From: Pristiophorus japonicus
Taxonomy: Eukaryota
Reading direction: 5' to 3'
DNA length: 64,000 bases
Assembly: GCF_044704955.1 (NCBI RefSeq)
Contig: NC_091977.1
Span: 329,654,001 to 329,718,000 of the forward strand
The translations under genes were made by a program, and so were the position numbers. Under the pieces are notes generated by a model, which saw nothing but the letters and a program-made list of their open reading frames with translations, was not told the origin of the DNA and did no database searches. Of this stretch, positions 35,751-48,800 are shown piece by piece. The stretch's first letter is position 1, and each line of letters opens with the position of its first letter.

Positions 35751-37407
35751 TTAGGGCATGTCAGAGGCTGGTCCAGGGATTGGAGTGAGAGTGGCAGTTG
35801 ATTCTGTCAATGGGCGCGAGGTCTGGGCATGTTCCCTTATTGCAGCAGCTACCTGCAATATTCCCTCCCTCATGTGCACTGACAGTGTATCAACCACCTG
35901 CAACATTCCCTCCCTCATGTGCCCGGACAGTGTTCCCATTTCTCGTGAAAGTGCTGTTACTTCTCCGGACAGTCCCGATACCTCATCACCCACCCCATTG
36001 ATGGTGTCCACGAGTAATCGTGTAAGATCAATGCTCTCCACACTCATTGCCATCATCTGAACCACATCTGTTAGATCCTGCACCTCAGGAGAGCGCTGTC
36101 GAGCTCTCCTTCCCCTCCTCACCCTAGGTATGTCTCGCTGCATCGCACAGGGACCCGCAGCCTCGGACGGTGGGGCCTCAGGTGTGCTTCGTTGCACACC
36201 ACTGGAATCCCCAGCTTCGGACTGTGAGAAACCACGGAATGTCCTAAGACTCGTACCACTCAGGAAAGGGCCCGGCATCTCAATGGGCGGCACCTGCACC
36301 TCCTCCAGAGTGAGTACAACAGTGGGGGCTTCATCCATCACCTCTCTCTGCCCCTCACCCCTCATCCCCTTGCCCTTGGTCTGGAAGGTGGGATTGGAAG
36401 ATGTTCTCCTCTTCAGGCTCGTCCACTTCTGAATCTTCTGCTGCATCGGCTTCAGCCTCGTCAGGGTTGGCCTCAAGTTCTGCAAAATATAACAGAACAG
36501 ACAAATGGTTAGCAGCAGAGGAGGGAGCAGGGTGGCATAAGTAGGCTCACACAGCGCAAGCAGAAGGCTGATTTGAAGGACTACGATGACTGATAGCACA
36601 TTGCATTCATAGGCAGTCCCTCGGAATTGAGGAAGACTTGCTTCCATTCCTAAAGTGAGTTCTTTTGGTGACTGAACAGTCCAACACGAGAGTCACAGGT
36701 GGGACAGATATTAGTCGGGGGAAGGGGGGGTGGCACTGATTTACCACACGCTCCTTCCGCTGCCTGCGCCTGACCTCTTCACGCTCTAACCAAAACGTAG
36801 TTGATGGCGACAACCCCATGAACCAAAGCATGGCTAGCCCGCACAGTACTTAACATTTAGCAAAGCCAGAATGTGGAATTTGCAGGATTTACCCTCTCCC
36901 TCGAGTGCGGGCCCAGCTTGTGCAGTGGTGGTTGCTTTTCTCCAGGCAGGACCCATCAAAGAAGCGACCCTTTCTTCCAAGGGTGTCAGTGGGTGAAGAT
37001 TTGCCAGGCCTCTTCCTGTTCGAGTTCTTTCCCTTTTGTTGTGTGCCACTTTCCTCTGCAAAGCTGAAAATATAACTTTTTAGAGAGGGTGACTTTCTGC
37101 TGGGTGGGACATATACAGACGGTCACATTTAGAATTGCAATTCCAGTGAATAAATGAAAATATTACTTACACTAACTACTTGACCAAGGTCCTGCCACTT
37201 CTTTTTGCACTGGCCTCCAGACCTTGGGGTGATCACCATTGCACAGTAATCTTCTGCAAGTTGGTTCCAGCGTTTCTTCTTTTCTTTTGGTGAAACTTTT
37301 ATGTGATCTCTGCTGGTGTCCAGCTCATGCCATCTGGCCTCAATAACAGTAATCAGGGCCTCTACTTCATCCTGTGAGAAATTCTTGGACCTTGAGCCGT
37401 GTTGCAT
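35751..37407 (-). pseudogene. Harbinger Myb/SANT DNA-binding protein gene, three exons (37407-37171, 37055-36893, 36479-35751)
   Basis: Exon 1 RSKNFSQDEVEALI...KRWNQLAE...RSGGQCKKKWQDL; exon 2 RKVAHNKRERTRTG.G...LTPLEERV; canonical GT-AG sites with matching phases; exon 3 is acidic and has a frameshift near 36355. Confidence 0.85.
36606..36790 (-). mobile_element. RTE 3' fragment in intron 2 of the Myb gene
   Basis: tcataggcagtccctcgg...gacttgcttcca terminus. Confidence 0.85.
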
Positions 37408-39164
37408 ATTTTATTGCAGCTCCGATTTTTCCAATGAGAATGAAAGTTCTCACACATAACTGGCTCTTTAAAAATGACCGAATGCAGACTGGGAGCTGTA
37501 CTGGGCATACAGTCACGTCGAAAACGTCCTTTTTTTTTTGCACCTACGCAGAAGGGAGGACACCAGTTTTTTTGGCGCGGACATTAGGTTCCACCCCCTG
37601 AAACTAAAGGACAGGCTGCGCGGTGCCAATTTCAAAAAATGGAACGGGGAAACTTGCTAGTTATTTTTTTGGAATAGTCGGGGCCAAAAAAACAAGCGTA
37701 ACTCTTGCAATACGCAAAAAAACTGTATTGGGGAAAATTGAGCCCATAGAGAGTACAATATAGATTCATCAAGATAATAGTGATGGCAAGCTATTGTGAG
37801 AAACTTGAGATATTGACCATCAAGGGGTTCATATGATAAAAAGCGTGAAATTTATGTAGCTTATAATTTAAATGTGTTGACATTAAATTTGCAAATTTTT
37901 AGAAATATGTATATTAATCTAAGCATTAAAAAAGCAAAACCTCACTCTCAGGACAAATTATTCAATCAGGCACCCGATTCAAGGCACTCCTGACTCTCTA
38001 GCCATCTGACTTAAAAATTGGGATCAAATGAAGTACAGTGACATCACTAGCGACTCTGATCTGCATTGTTAGTGAGCGAGGCACTGCCGGAAGCGGAGTC
38101 GCAATTCCAGGCCTACAAAATACACTCAGGAGTTTTGCGAGAATTTTATTTAGCTCTGAGTTAATTTTTTTCTTTGCTAGTACCTAATTTCACAGCTACG
38201 GACAGACAGCATTCAAAGACACTGAAGCAGTCAGGCTGATACAGGGACTGAAGGATGAACAATTGTAATGCAAGCTTGGTGAGTAATCAAGAGTTGATTT
38301 TTAGGAGAACATACAGTCAACTTATAAAGAATATTGTTGCAAAGTTATTTTGCACTTTAAAAACTGACAAGCAGAAATCCCACAAGGCATAACTAGCACG
38401 CATTTTAACTACCTACTGATGGTCTTTCCCAAACCCCATCAGCTCTTTGTGGATGTAGTTTAATTTTTTGAAGTGCCAGTAGTCCCCCTTGTGGTCACTG
38501 TTTTATGCTTCAAAACAAAAAAAATGTAGAAGGTAAGAGATAATTAACTGAGACAGGAGGTTGAAAAATTGTTTCTTTGGGGAAGGTTCCAGGCACCTCT
38601 AGACACCAGGCAACTGGGTGAAAGAGATGGACCTGTACTAGCATGGGTATCACTGGTCCTGTGTAAATGAGGTGCCTTCCCACTGATTCATCATACTGTG
38701 GATGGGTTAACAAGAGTGGGCACTGGCAGACATATCCTAGCATAACTGCCGGGTTCATGGTCCCTGGATTTTCAAGCCCATTATATATCTTTTAAACCAT
38801 TGATTTCTACAGCCAATTAGTTGAGTTCCTTCCTTCCTGTTGTCGAATTAATTCGATTTTATTTTTTCAATACATTCTCTGAATTTGTCAAGGCAGGCTT
38901 TTATGGTCCACTCTAACTGCACTGAAGAGATGGTGGTGGGCCTTCTTGAACTATTCTTTGTAGTGATTTGATACGACTAAGTAGCTTGGTAGGCCACTTC
39001 AAAGGGCAGCTAAGAGTCAACCACTTTGGTGTTGAACTGGAATCACATGTAGACCCAGACCAGGTATTAACGACAGGTATCCTTCTCTAAAGCTGGGTTT
39101 GTGTGACAATCCAACAGCTTCATGGTCACTTTAATTGGTACCAGTTTTTATTTCCAGACTTTTT

Positions 39165-39500
39165 CATAGAATCATATAGCACAGAAGGATGTCATTGGGC
39201 CCATTGTGCCTATGCTGGCTCTGTGAAAGTACTATCGAATTAGTCCCACTCCCCTGCTCTTTCCTCACAGTTTGCAAATGTTTCCTTTAAAAGTATTTAT
39301 CCAATTCCCTTTTGAAAGTTACTATTAAATTTACTTTCACCGCCCTTTCAGGCTGCATTCCAGATCATAACAACTTGCTGAGTTTATATAATAAAAATTC
39401 TACTCGTGTCCTCTTTTGTTCTTTTGCCAATTACCTTAAATCTGTGTCCTCTGGTTACTAGCCTTCTTGCCAGTGAAAACCATTTCCCCTTATTTACTCA
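39165..39500 (-). mobile_element. CR1 3' fragment
   Basis: catagaatcata tail and UTR similar to 4868-5060. Confidence 0.75.
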
Positions 39501-40427
39501 TCAGTTTTTTACAACTGAATTCAAATACTCTAACTGGCATGGGATTTGAACTCACATTCTCTACATTATTAGTCTAGGCCTGTAGATTACTCGTCCAGTA
39601 GCATAACCACAACACTCTGTACCCCATACTGTTTTAAACAGACCTGTCTCTCTTCCATCTGGTACAGAAAGTGTTTGTTCACAATTAACAGTCTGTTCAG
39701 AGGTCACGAGCTCTTTGGTAGATTTTCACTCTTGTCCTTGTTAATTAAATTTCTTAACTCTTTAGTGATGGATTATTCCTGTTCTTCACTGATCAATTAA
39801 TTTTGACAGTAATTCCAAATTCTCCCATTCAAATTTCTCAACAAATGGTGCATTTTTCCAAGTGGGAAAGTAGAATGGTTGTTCTTGAATTCCTTGTGCA
39901 TTCAGCACAGTGTGAATAAAATCTGTTCTGGACAGATTGTCTGGGGGAAAAAATGACTTGTAGTGATAAGTGCTGTTTACTGCAACATGGTGCTCTCGGC
40001 TTTTCCTCACAGATCTTCAAAAGTGTTGATGCAGATTCGATGTTGATTTGTTATTTCTGACGTTGAGTTATTTGTCTTCTTCACCCTAACACAGGGGCTA
40101 TTTCTTTCCTGAGAATGGAAGTGCTCACATCACAGAGTTGTCAGTTCAATACAGACTTTCCTCACTTCCCCCATTTTGATCTTTTAAAAAATGTTGTTGA
40201 CCGAAGAGATCTGGTTTTCAAATTCACTCCTTAGATTTCCTCATGGTCAAATGACCATTTATTCAGACGTTGAACAACTTGAGTTGAAAAAAGCCATTGA
40301 GCCCGAATTTGTTGGAGCGGGGCATCTTGCAGCATGCCCTGTTAGATTTTTATCCTCCCCCTTCAGATTGAAATTGTTATGCTGCAAATTGCTGTCAGGG
40401 CGAACTGATAGCAGGACATCTGGGACC

Positions 40428-40915
40428 TTAAACATTCTCTCCCTCCACAATCAGTGCACCGTAGCTGCTGTGTGTGTCATCTACGAGATGCATTACAGCA
40501 ACTCACCAAGGCTTCTTCAAAAGCACCTCCCAAACCCTCAACCTCTACCACCTAGAAGGACAAGGGCAGCAGGCGCATGGGACCTGCAAGATCCCCTCCA
40601 TGTCACCCACCATCCTGACTTGGAAATATATCACCGTTCCTATATAGTCACTGGGTCAAAATGTTTCAGAATTCATCTGTCTGTATCCCTTTGCAGGCTC
40701 TTTGTGTCTTCCTCGCAGCTTACTTTCCCACCTAGCTTTGTATTATCAGCAAACTTGGATACATTGCACTCGATCCATTCATCTAATATAGATTGTGAAT
40801 AGCTGAGGCCCCACCACTGATCCTTGCAGCACCCCACTAATTATAGCCTGCCAACTGTAAAATGACCCGTTTATCTGTACTCTGTTTTCTGTCCATTAAC
40901 CAATCCTCTATCCAT
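40428..40915. mobile_element. Two LINE fragments (CR1/L2-group plus strand 40428-40660; CR1 minus strand 40676-40915)
   Basis: SLHNQCTVAAVCVIYEMHYSNSPRLLQKHLPNP, then an antisense CR1 RT segment. Confidence 0.65.
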
Positions 40916-41567
40916 TAAAAGGGTCCTTAGGCTGTTCAGTACCAGCCCGAACATTTTGCAGTGATTGTAATTTGTTTTAACAGCACAAATGCAACAATTT
41001 CTTAAAATTCATGGAGAGGTTGAGGGCGAGCTTCCATTTTCAGCAGACTAATGGCTGAGCACGCAAATTGTCCAGCAACTTGCAATTTGTAATTCACGTC
41101 ATATCTCTTCCTCGCTATAAATTGCTAGGTTATTTGCACAGTAATAATGGCAAGTGCCATTAAAGTTAGGATAAATGTCCACAAGAGATTGTGCAAAAGC
41201 AAATGGCGTGTTTCCGAGGTTGTTAATCTTTATCCCCACAAGTATATCCCCAAATCAAATACACATCTAAAATAACTTGTGTAATAATAAAAACCCAAAA
41301 CATTTTGAGAGAACTAGCTCTAATATAATGCAACTAAACCTGTAGATCTCAAACATGCCTATTGAGAAATGTATTGGGTCTGCTGGTGGTCTGGAGAAGT
41401 AGTTACACAAGAATTTCTGGCTTCAGCTCATCTGCATGCCCATTGGAATAACCCCGTGTAAAACAGGTGCATTTGCTGCACTGCATGGAAACTGGAGTGC
41501 AGCCTTTAAAATGACCATTCAGCCTGCACACTTCAGCAGCAGACTGGGGATCAACAAGGTAATGAAG

Positions 41568-41668
41568 GAAATAAAAACAGAAACTGCTGGAAATACTCAG
41601 CAGGTCAGGCAGCAGCTGTGGAGAGAGAAACAGTTCATGTTTCAGTCGATGACCTTTCATCACAAGTG
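41568..41668 (-). repeat. Solo Penelope-like terminal repeat
   Basis: aaataaaaacagaaactgctggaaatactcagcaggtcaggcagc...tttcagtcgatgacctttcatca. Confidence 0.75.
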
Positions 41669-41759
41669 GTAAGAAAGGAGGGCAGAACATGGGGGAAATC
41701 ATTATTCATGGGATCAGGGAATGGGTTTTATCACCTAGAAGTCATCCATTGATCTGATT

Positions 41760-43463
41760 TTCTTTTCTGAGGAGGTCTGGGAGTGCCAAATTTTGCAACA
41801 TAAAGGCATTATCGCAATCACCAGCATATCGGCTGTTGAGATTTTGGATCCCTCTGTGTGTTGTTTTAGACAATCTGCACATTGAGGGAATGGAAGCCCC
41901 TCCTGTTGAAGAGATTTTCTGTGGGAACCACGTGAATCAATGTGGACGCCATCGATTGCACTTTGGACCTTAGACCTTGGCAAAGCCAACAACCCTGTAA
42001 GGGTGGCAGCCCTATCTCACTGCTGCCTCGCTGTGATGCCACAGGTGATGAATTCTCCAGCTCTACAGTAAAGTGTCGGTGGCCTGATAAATGCATGTCT
42101 GTACACAGTCAGCCTGGCTGATATTGCAAGGATTGTTCGTGGCTGTCTGAAATTATTCTGTGCCATAAAAGTTGAGTGTGGTGGTCACCTTCATAGTTAT
42201 ACAGAGACCAGTGTGGGCAGATGAGAGTGGCTGCAGGACCTCCTACAGTAGGTAACACAGCTGCCCTAATGCCTCTTTGGTAAAGTGCTCTCTTCTGATG
42301 CCCAACTTCTCAACATGGACTGTGCTGCCTGAATAATCTCTGGAGGGAGAGTCATATCTGCTGGGGGGGCTATCCTTTTCAAATGCTGCATGAGTTTCCT
42401 TTGTCCATCCTGTGTCCTCCTCTGTGATACTGGCTGCCTGTAGGGAATGCCATAGAAACATAGAAAATAGGTGCAGGAGTAGGCCATCCGGCCCTTAAAG
42501 CCTGCATCACCATTCAATAAGATCATGGCTGATCATTCCCTCAGTACCCCTTTCCTGCTTTCTCTCCATACCCCTTGATCCCTTTAGCCGTAAGGGCCAT
42601 ATCTAACTCCCTCTTGAATATATCCAATGAACTGGCATCAACAACTCTCTGCTCCAAAGAATTTCACAGGTTAACAACTCTCTGAATGAACAAGTTTCTC
42701 CTCATCTCAGTCCTAAATGGCCTACCCCTTATCCTTAGACTGCGTCCCCTGGTTCTGGACTTCCCCAACATCGGGAACATTGTTCCCGCATCTAACCTAT
42801 CCAGTCCCGTCAGAATCTTACATGTTTTTATGAGATCACCTCTCATCCTTCTATACTCCAGTGTATAAAGGCCCAGTCGATCCAGTCTCTCCTCATATGT
42901 CAGTCCAGCCATCCCGTGAATCAGTCTGGTGAACCTTCACTGCACTCCCTCAATAGCAAGAACGTCCTTCCTCAGATTAGAAGACCAAAACTGAACACAA
43001 TATTCCAGATGAGGCCTCACCAAGACCCTGTATAACTGCTCCTATACTTAAATCCCCTAGCTATGAAGGCCAACATACCATTTGCCTTCTTCACCGCCTG
43101 CTGTACCTGTATGCCAACTTTCAATGACTGATGAACCATGACACCCAGGTCTCGTTGCACCTCCCCTTTTCTTAATCTGCCGCCATTCAGATAATATTCT
43201 GCTTTCGTGTTTTGGCCCCCAAAGTGAATAACCTCACATTTATCCACATTATACTGCATCTGCCATGTATTTGCCCACTCACCTAACCTGTCCAAGTCAC
43301 CCTGCAGCCTCTTAGCGTCCTCCTCACATCGCCACCCAGTTTAGTGTCTTGGAGATATTACACTCAATTCCTTCATCTAAATCATTAATGTATATTGTAA
43401 AGAGCCATACCTGCTCCTGGGAAGTCCTCACTGAAGAAGAGGGAAGGGACAGAAATCTACCCC
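41760..43463 (-). mobile_element. Degenerate Harbinger relic (transposase on minus strand) with nested CR1
   Basis: KVQSAIDGVHI and NRRGFHSLNVQIV motifs; TIR-like cagaaatctacccc at 43450-43463; left end not found. Confidence 0.65.
42455..43403 (-). mobile_element. CR1 LINE 3' fragment
   Basis: WQMQYNVDKCEVIHFG, RRMRGDLI; (catagaaa)n tail; gccata on both flanks. Confidence 0.93.
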
Positions 43464-43694
43464 ATGAGAGATGGTCAGAAGCAATTTCAAGTACCTAGAG
43501 TCAGAATGGGAACAAAACAAATCATGAAAGCAATAATTTCCTAGCTGCAGAAATCTGTGTTCAAAATCCCCAGACTCCTCAGGCTCATAAATGTTCTCAC
43601 TTGCTCCTTGATCAGCTAACCCTAGCAGAGCCTGCACCTCTTAATCTCAGTCTATGTTAACCAGAGTGCATTGTGAGTCTCAACCAGGAGACTG

Positions 43695-45725
43695 GGGCTG
43701 CAGTTTCGCCTACAAGGTTGGGAGCGAGGCGGCCGGAGTCTGGATCGAGGTCCCGGCCCGCTGTGGTTCCATCCCACTCTATGCAAGTGATTTTCCCTGA
43801 TTGGGCTTGTTAAGCTCGCCTAGCGAGGCTCCTGGCCAATTAAAAGGAAATGGGTCCGATGACGTCATTTGATGCGTCATCAGCCAGTTTCCTTAAAGGC
43901 TCCATGTCCACATTGATTTTGACAGTTGTGATGTCAGTGTTCTACAGCATTGAGGTGCTGCAAACACTGAGAAGCACTGCTCAAAGGTGCATCCAGGCTC
44001 TCTCATGACTCCCTCCAGATGCTTATGGAGGAAGTCCCAACACACAGGGAAATTCTCTTCCATTCCAATGGTTTCACATTGCACATGAGGGCACAAGCAG
44101 GGATGTTGTCAGGAGTACCTGGCTGCAGTGGCGCAAACCTTTCAATGATCTCAGTGGATCATGAAAGGTTACTGCAAAGCCACGCTCAACCTCATCCTGC
44201 TGTGCCACTCATCACATCCCCATCAATCTGCCTTCCCTACCCTACTCCTGCACATCCTTACACCAACTTACCTTGCCCCTTTGCCCATCCCTCTCTATCT
44301 ATATTATCACTTCCCCATCTCACACCCACCCCTCACACTCGTCCTCATCCTAGTTCAACCATACCAACTAACAACACACAAGGGTAGACACTTGGGTGTT
44401 TTTGCCAATATTCATGTAAAGATTCTGTTAATATGTTGTCAAACATTGAAATCTTTGTTTTCAACATTTGCCTTCTTGGACAGATCTGTGTGCACCTTTG
44501 GAAGTGGCTTAGTGAGTTGCAGTGAATGGTGAGACATAACAGTACCCCCCGCAATGGTGATGAGTGTGAAAGGAATGGCTCGGGCATTGCAGGGATGTAT
44601 TATGGTGTGGGGTGGTGCCAATCTTGCGCATCATGTGGCAGCCAGGGTGTACATTGTCAACTGAAGTAAATCTGTCCATGGTGAGGCCATCCTGGCCTCC
44701 CGAGCAGCAATATGGTTGGGTGTTGATGGTGCACAGGACTGAGGGCATCAGCTGATTATGGAGAAGATTGGTGCTGTTGATGCTGCTGGTGTGCCTGGTG
44801 ATGCTGATGTACCTGGGGCTGCTGGTGTGCCTGGTGATGCTGATGTACCTGGGGCTGCTGGTGTGCCTGGTGATGTTGGAGTGGGGATGTTCGTGGTGGG
44901 AATCTGAAGACCAAGGTAAGATTTTTTCAAGGGCACCGATGCTGATGGGATAGATGGCAGGTGAGGTTGAGATGACAAGCGATCTGCCAATGGTGAGAGA
45001 GGTTGTTCCAAGGAGGTGAAAGTGGATAGCGAGTTTACTCCAAACACTTCCAACCTGCATAAAGTTCAAATGTGTCTTCCAAATCCTGGAGGCTCCAGCT
45101 TCTGAGATTGGAAAGTGAACAGCTGTAATATGGTATAAAAACTGAAAATGCTGGAAAAAACAGCAGATCAAGCAGCATCTGTAGAGGGAGCTAGAGTTAA
45201 CGTTTCAGGTCTGTGACCCAAGGTGACACAGATTCCCAGCACGAACATCCCTGAAACGTTAACTCTGTTTCTCTCCACAGATGCTGCTTGACCTGCTGTG
45301 TTTTCCAGCATTTTCTGTTTTTATTTCAGAGTCCAGCATCCGCAATATTTTGCTTTTGTAGCTGTGATATGGGAGCTTTTATACCACATTTGCAGCTGTC
45401 AACTATTCAGAAGAATGGATACTAATCGAAATCCGACTTATTTACCTGATGTGATCTTGAGTGCTGTGAACCTTGTGGAAAAAGCTGAAAAATGGTAAGT
45501 ACAGGGCAAAATGGTGTTTAATTGGCTTTTAACAACCTCTTAATGATCTAAATTGCCTCCCCCGCTGCTTTGTGTTGGGTCTGTTAAGCGCTGACAGACC
45601 CGACACATGGGAGACTAGCGTTTTGATGGCGGAAATTAGTTGCAATTGGCTAATGACTGAACAAAACATTTCCTGCCCAGTTTATATTATCAAAGATACA
45701 CCCAAAACGGAGCGTAAATTCACCC
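43695..45725 (+). mobile_element. Harbinger derivative with a Myb/SANT remnant
   Basis: ASRLSHDSLQMLMEEV...QWRKPFNDL remnant at about 43990-44155; weak GGG-ended TIRs; CTG on both flanks (CWG-type target); 36-bp tandem duplication at 44780-44878. Confidence 0.55.
45137..45358. repeat. Inverted pair of Penelope-like terminal repeats
   Basis: 45137-45209 is the reverse complement of 45251-45323, with a few mismatches. Confidence 0.85.
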
Positions 45726-45802
45726 CTGGAGTGCTAGTCCTACAATGAGCGCTTAAATGAAAAATGTGAAAACACATTGAACTGTAGAGTAAAATATACC
45801 AC

Positions 45803-48800
45803 TGTTATGTTCAGAATAAATCCACAAGACTGTATTGTAAGCTCAAACTGTTGTGACCTTGTTCTCTTTATTCAGACTCCAGAATGGGGAAGCAGCATGG
45901 TAGATTACCTTTTATACCTGCTTGTCCAGGTGCACAGGTGGCTCTTAGGTCTCCAACAGGTGTGCCCCCTGGTGGCAAGTCTTACATATTGGTGAGGTTT
46001 ACATGCATACATAACATCATTCCCCCCACAAAGTCTTATGTACAAGTTATTTGCAAGTTGAGGTGATCTGGCGCTCTGCGTTCCCGGGTCGATCGCCTGA
46101 GTTGAAATCCTGGCATGGGTGAGTTGGTCGGATCATTGCTGCACGGCAGCGTGGCTGGTCTGATCGGACTGTCGGGCATGGTGGGTTCAACTTCGTGATT
46201 GACAGCGAGGTCAATTGTATTAGTGGGTCGCTGGGGGCCAGCTCCTTTCACAATGGTTCCTAGTTATCTGTAGTTTGCAGTTTGGTCTGGTCCAAATGCT
46301 CTCTGTGTTTGTCCATTACATGGTTTCACAACAAACACTCCATTTTCATCACAAACACTCCATTGTCCTCTTTGGCTAATACAGTGCTAGCAGCCCATCT
46401 GGGGCCCAGAACATGGTCTACATCATTTATTCTGATGTTGCGTGGAGAAGCCGTGCGATCATGGTACATTCTCTGCTGATAGCATACGAAAGGCTCGGTT
46501 CTGAGTGATTCTGTCTGGTGACTGCGTAGCACCCGGGATAGCCGAGTCTGTAGGGAGTCTACCGTGACACGTGTGGTGCTTGGCTTAGTGATTTGGGCTG
46601 CCGGCTCCGGACTATTGCCACTGACCCTAAGGTCTGGCAAGCCCAGGATGGCCGATATGGTCTTGAGACTTTCAGTGGTGGCGGGAGGCCGCGTGGTCCC
46701 CGTGGATCCTGGGCCATGGTATGGAGGCCCCGGACCACCGACTGTGCGTAGCCTCCCTGCCTTTCTTTGCAACGTTGCAGGGTTGCCCCATAGGGGTCAA
46801 TGTGATGGGATGAGCATTACGTCTTTGCGACGGATAAGCTGCAACATCCCGTCTAGTGGTTTGCCGTTGGCAGGCGGTAACGTGGGATCCTGGCTGGTCC
46901 AGGTCCTAAACTGGGGGGCCGTTACGGTTGACCCCTCGCTTTCTAGCACTTCATAACAACGAGCAGATCTGCGGGCTGCACCGTTTCCACCCCGGTGGTG
47001 GGCAACGGTAGCCAACTGAAGGCATTAGCGCCGTTCTCAGTGCCTGGCATGTGGCGGATCATGTTACAGTGCACAGACGGTGTTAAACTTTCTCGAAACA
47101 ACGCGTCGATAATGGTGCCTCTGCTCTCCCAAAACTTTGAGATTGGCAGCTTGTCTGACTCAAGCAAATATTGGGACACTCTTTGGTACGTCTCTTTAGT
47201 CCCGTGAACCCAGGCTACTGCCTTGGTTAACTTATTGGATACATGCACAACCGGTTGGGGCTCGCCCGCTACTTTTGCTTGCTGCACAACACACCCGACG
47301 CTGGGTGGTAACACGTCATTTGCTACAAATGCTTTGTTAGATACGTATACAACTGGTTGGGGTTCGCCCGCTACTTTGGCTTGCTGTACAACACGCCCGA
47401 CCCCATGTGATAACACAATACTTGCTACAAGTACTTTGTCAGATACATATCGACCAGTTGGTGTTCGCCCGCTACTTTGGCTTGTTGTAAGGTACCCCCG
47501 ACCCCATATGATAATACATCATTGGCCGCGAAAGAACGCTCACATGGGTTACACAGTGCCAACAACTTATTGGAACGTAGTGGGTTCCTGGCCTTCTCAG
47601 CGGCCGCCCCTTTACCTTTGCCCCAAACCCAGTCATCTTCCTTGCTGGGCAACACATGCCTCTGTTTCGTTGCGGCAACATCCCGTGGTCTGGACGCTCT
47701 CTCGTCCCGTGGTCTGGACGCACTCTCGTCCCGTGGTCTGGATGCTCTTTCGTTCCGTAATCTGGATGCACTCTCGTCCATGTCCGTGATGCCGACTGCC
47801 GCGATTTTCCTCCCCAGGGATTTTGCCTCTGGCATCGGGAAGATGCATTCGGATCATTTCGGCCGGAGTCCCACACTGCTTGGTCGACCTGGAACCTCTT
47901 CTATAGTCGTGAAGAGGTCGTCGGCTTCGGGTGGTGGGTACCGCGCCTGTACCGCTGCTCGGTTGATCTTCACCTCCTCGTGGTCGTGATGAGCGGCCTG
48001 TGCCTCGGGGATCTGCAAATGGATCTGCACTTCGATGCCTGGTTCAGCTGAAGGTGGGGCTTTGCTGAGCCTTTGAGCAAGGGAGACGTCGTTCACCGGA
48101 GAATGTACGCAGAGGTCTTCCCAGTTCCATCGAATCTTCCCCATCCACCTTCTACCAAGTAGCGTTGGCCCATCACCTGAAACAATCCACAGTGGTAAAT
48201 CGTGCACCGCTCCCTCATGGGATACTCTTATGTCCGCACTACCAATAACTGGTATCAGTTCCTTGGTGTAGGTGTGCAGCTTTGCCTGATCGGGATCAGC
48301 TTGGGTCATTGCACCACAGCTTCTCGAATGCCTTCTGGCTCATAACTGATTGACTCGCCCCTGTGTCTAATTCCATGGAGACTGGAGTGCCATTGAATTC
48401 AACTTTTAACATTATCGGAGGGCTTTTGGTGGCGAAAATGTGTATCCCATATAATTCCTCTTCATCCTTAGATTGAGTTGCCTCTCCTGCTCGTTCAGCG
48501 TGTTCCTCGCTGGATCGGTCGTCCTCTCCTGACTCTGCCACGTGGTGAGTCAGAAGTCGTTTGCACATTCGCTGGAGTTGCCCCATTGTTCCACAGCCCT
48601 TGCACACATAGGGCTTGAATTGACATTGATAAGCTCTATGACTGCCCCCGCAACGCCAACATGGTGCTAATGGATATGCATTCATGCCCCACGGTGGACT
48701 CTGAGTCACTCTAGGCCTAGGTCTGGCCTCTGCGGTCATATGGGCCCTGCCCTATACAGTTCTGCTTGCTGAAAACATTATTTTATGCACAGTACTTGCT

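Larger units (their letters stand above)
29704..37745 (+). mobile_element. PIF/Harbinger DNA transposon, both ends present, with nested insertions
   Basis: Perfect 17-bp TIRs GGGCTCAATTTTCCCCA (29704-29720 and 37729-37745); ATA duplicated on both flanks; convergent transposase and Myb/SANT genes. Confidence 0.93.

Noticed and set aside
44509-45171. 220-aa and 101-aa ORFs with PGTPAAPGTSAS repeats
   Set aside because: They arise from a 36-bp tandem duplication inside a Harbinger relic and run into a Penelope-like repeat.
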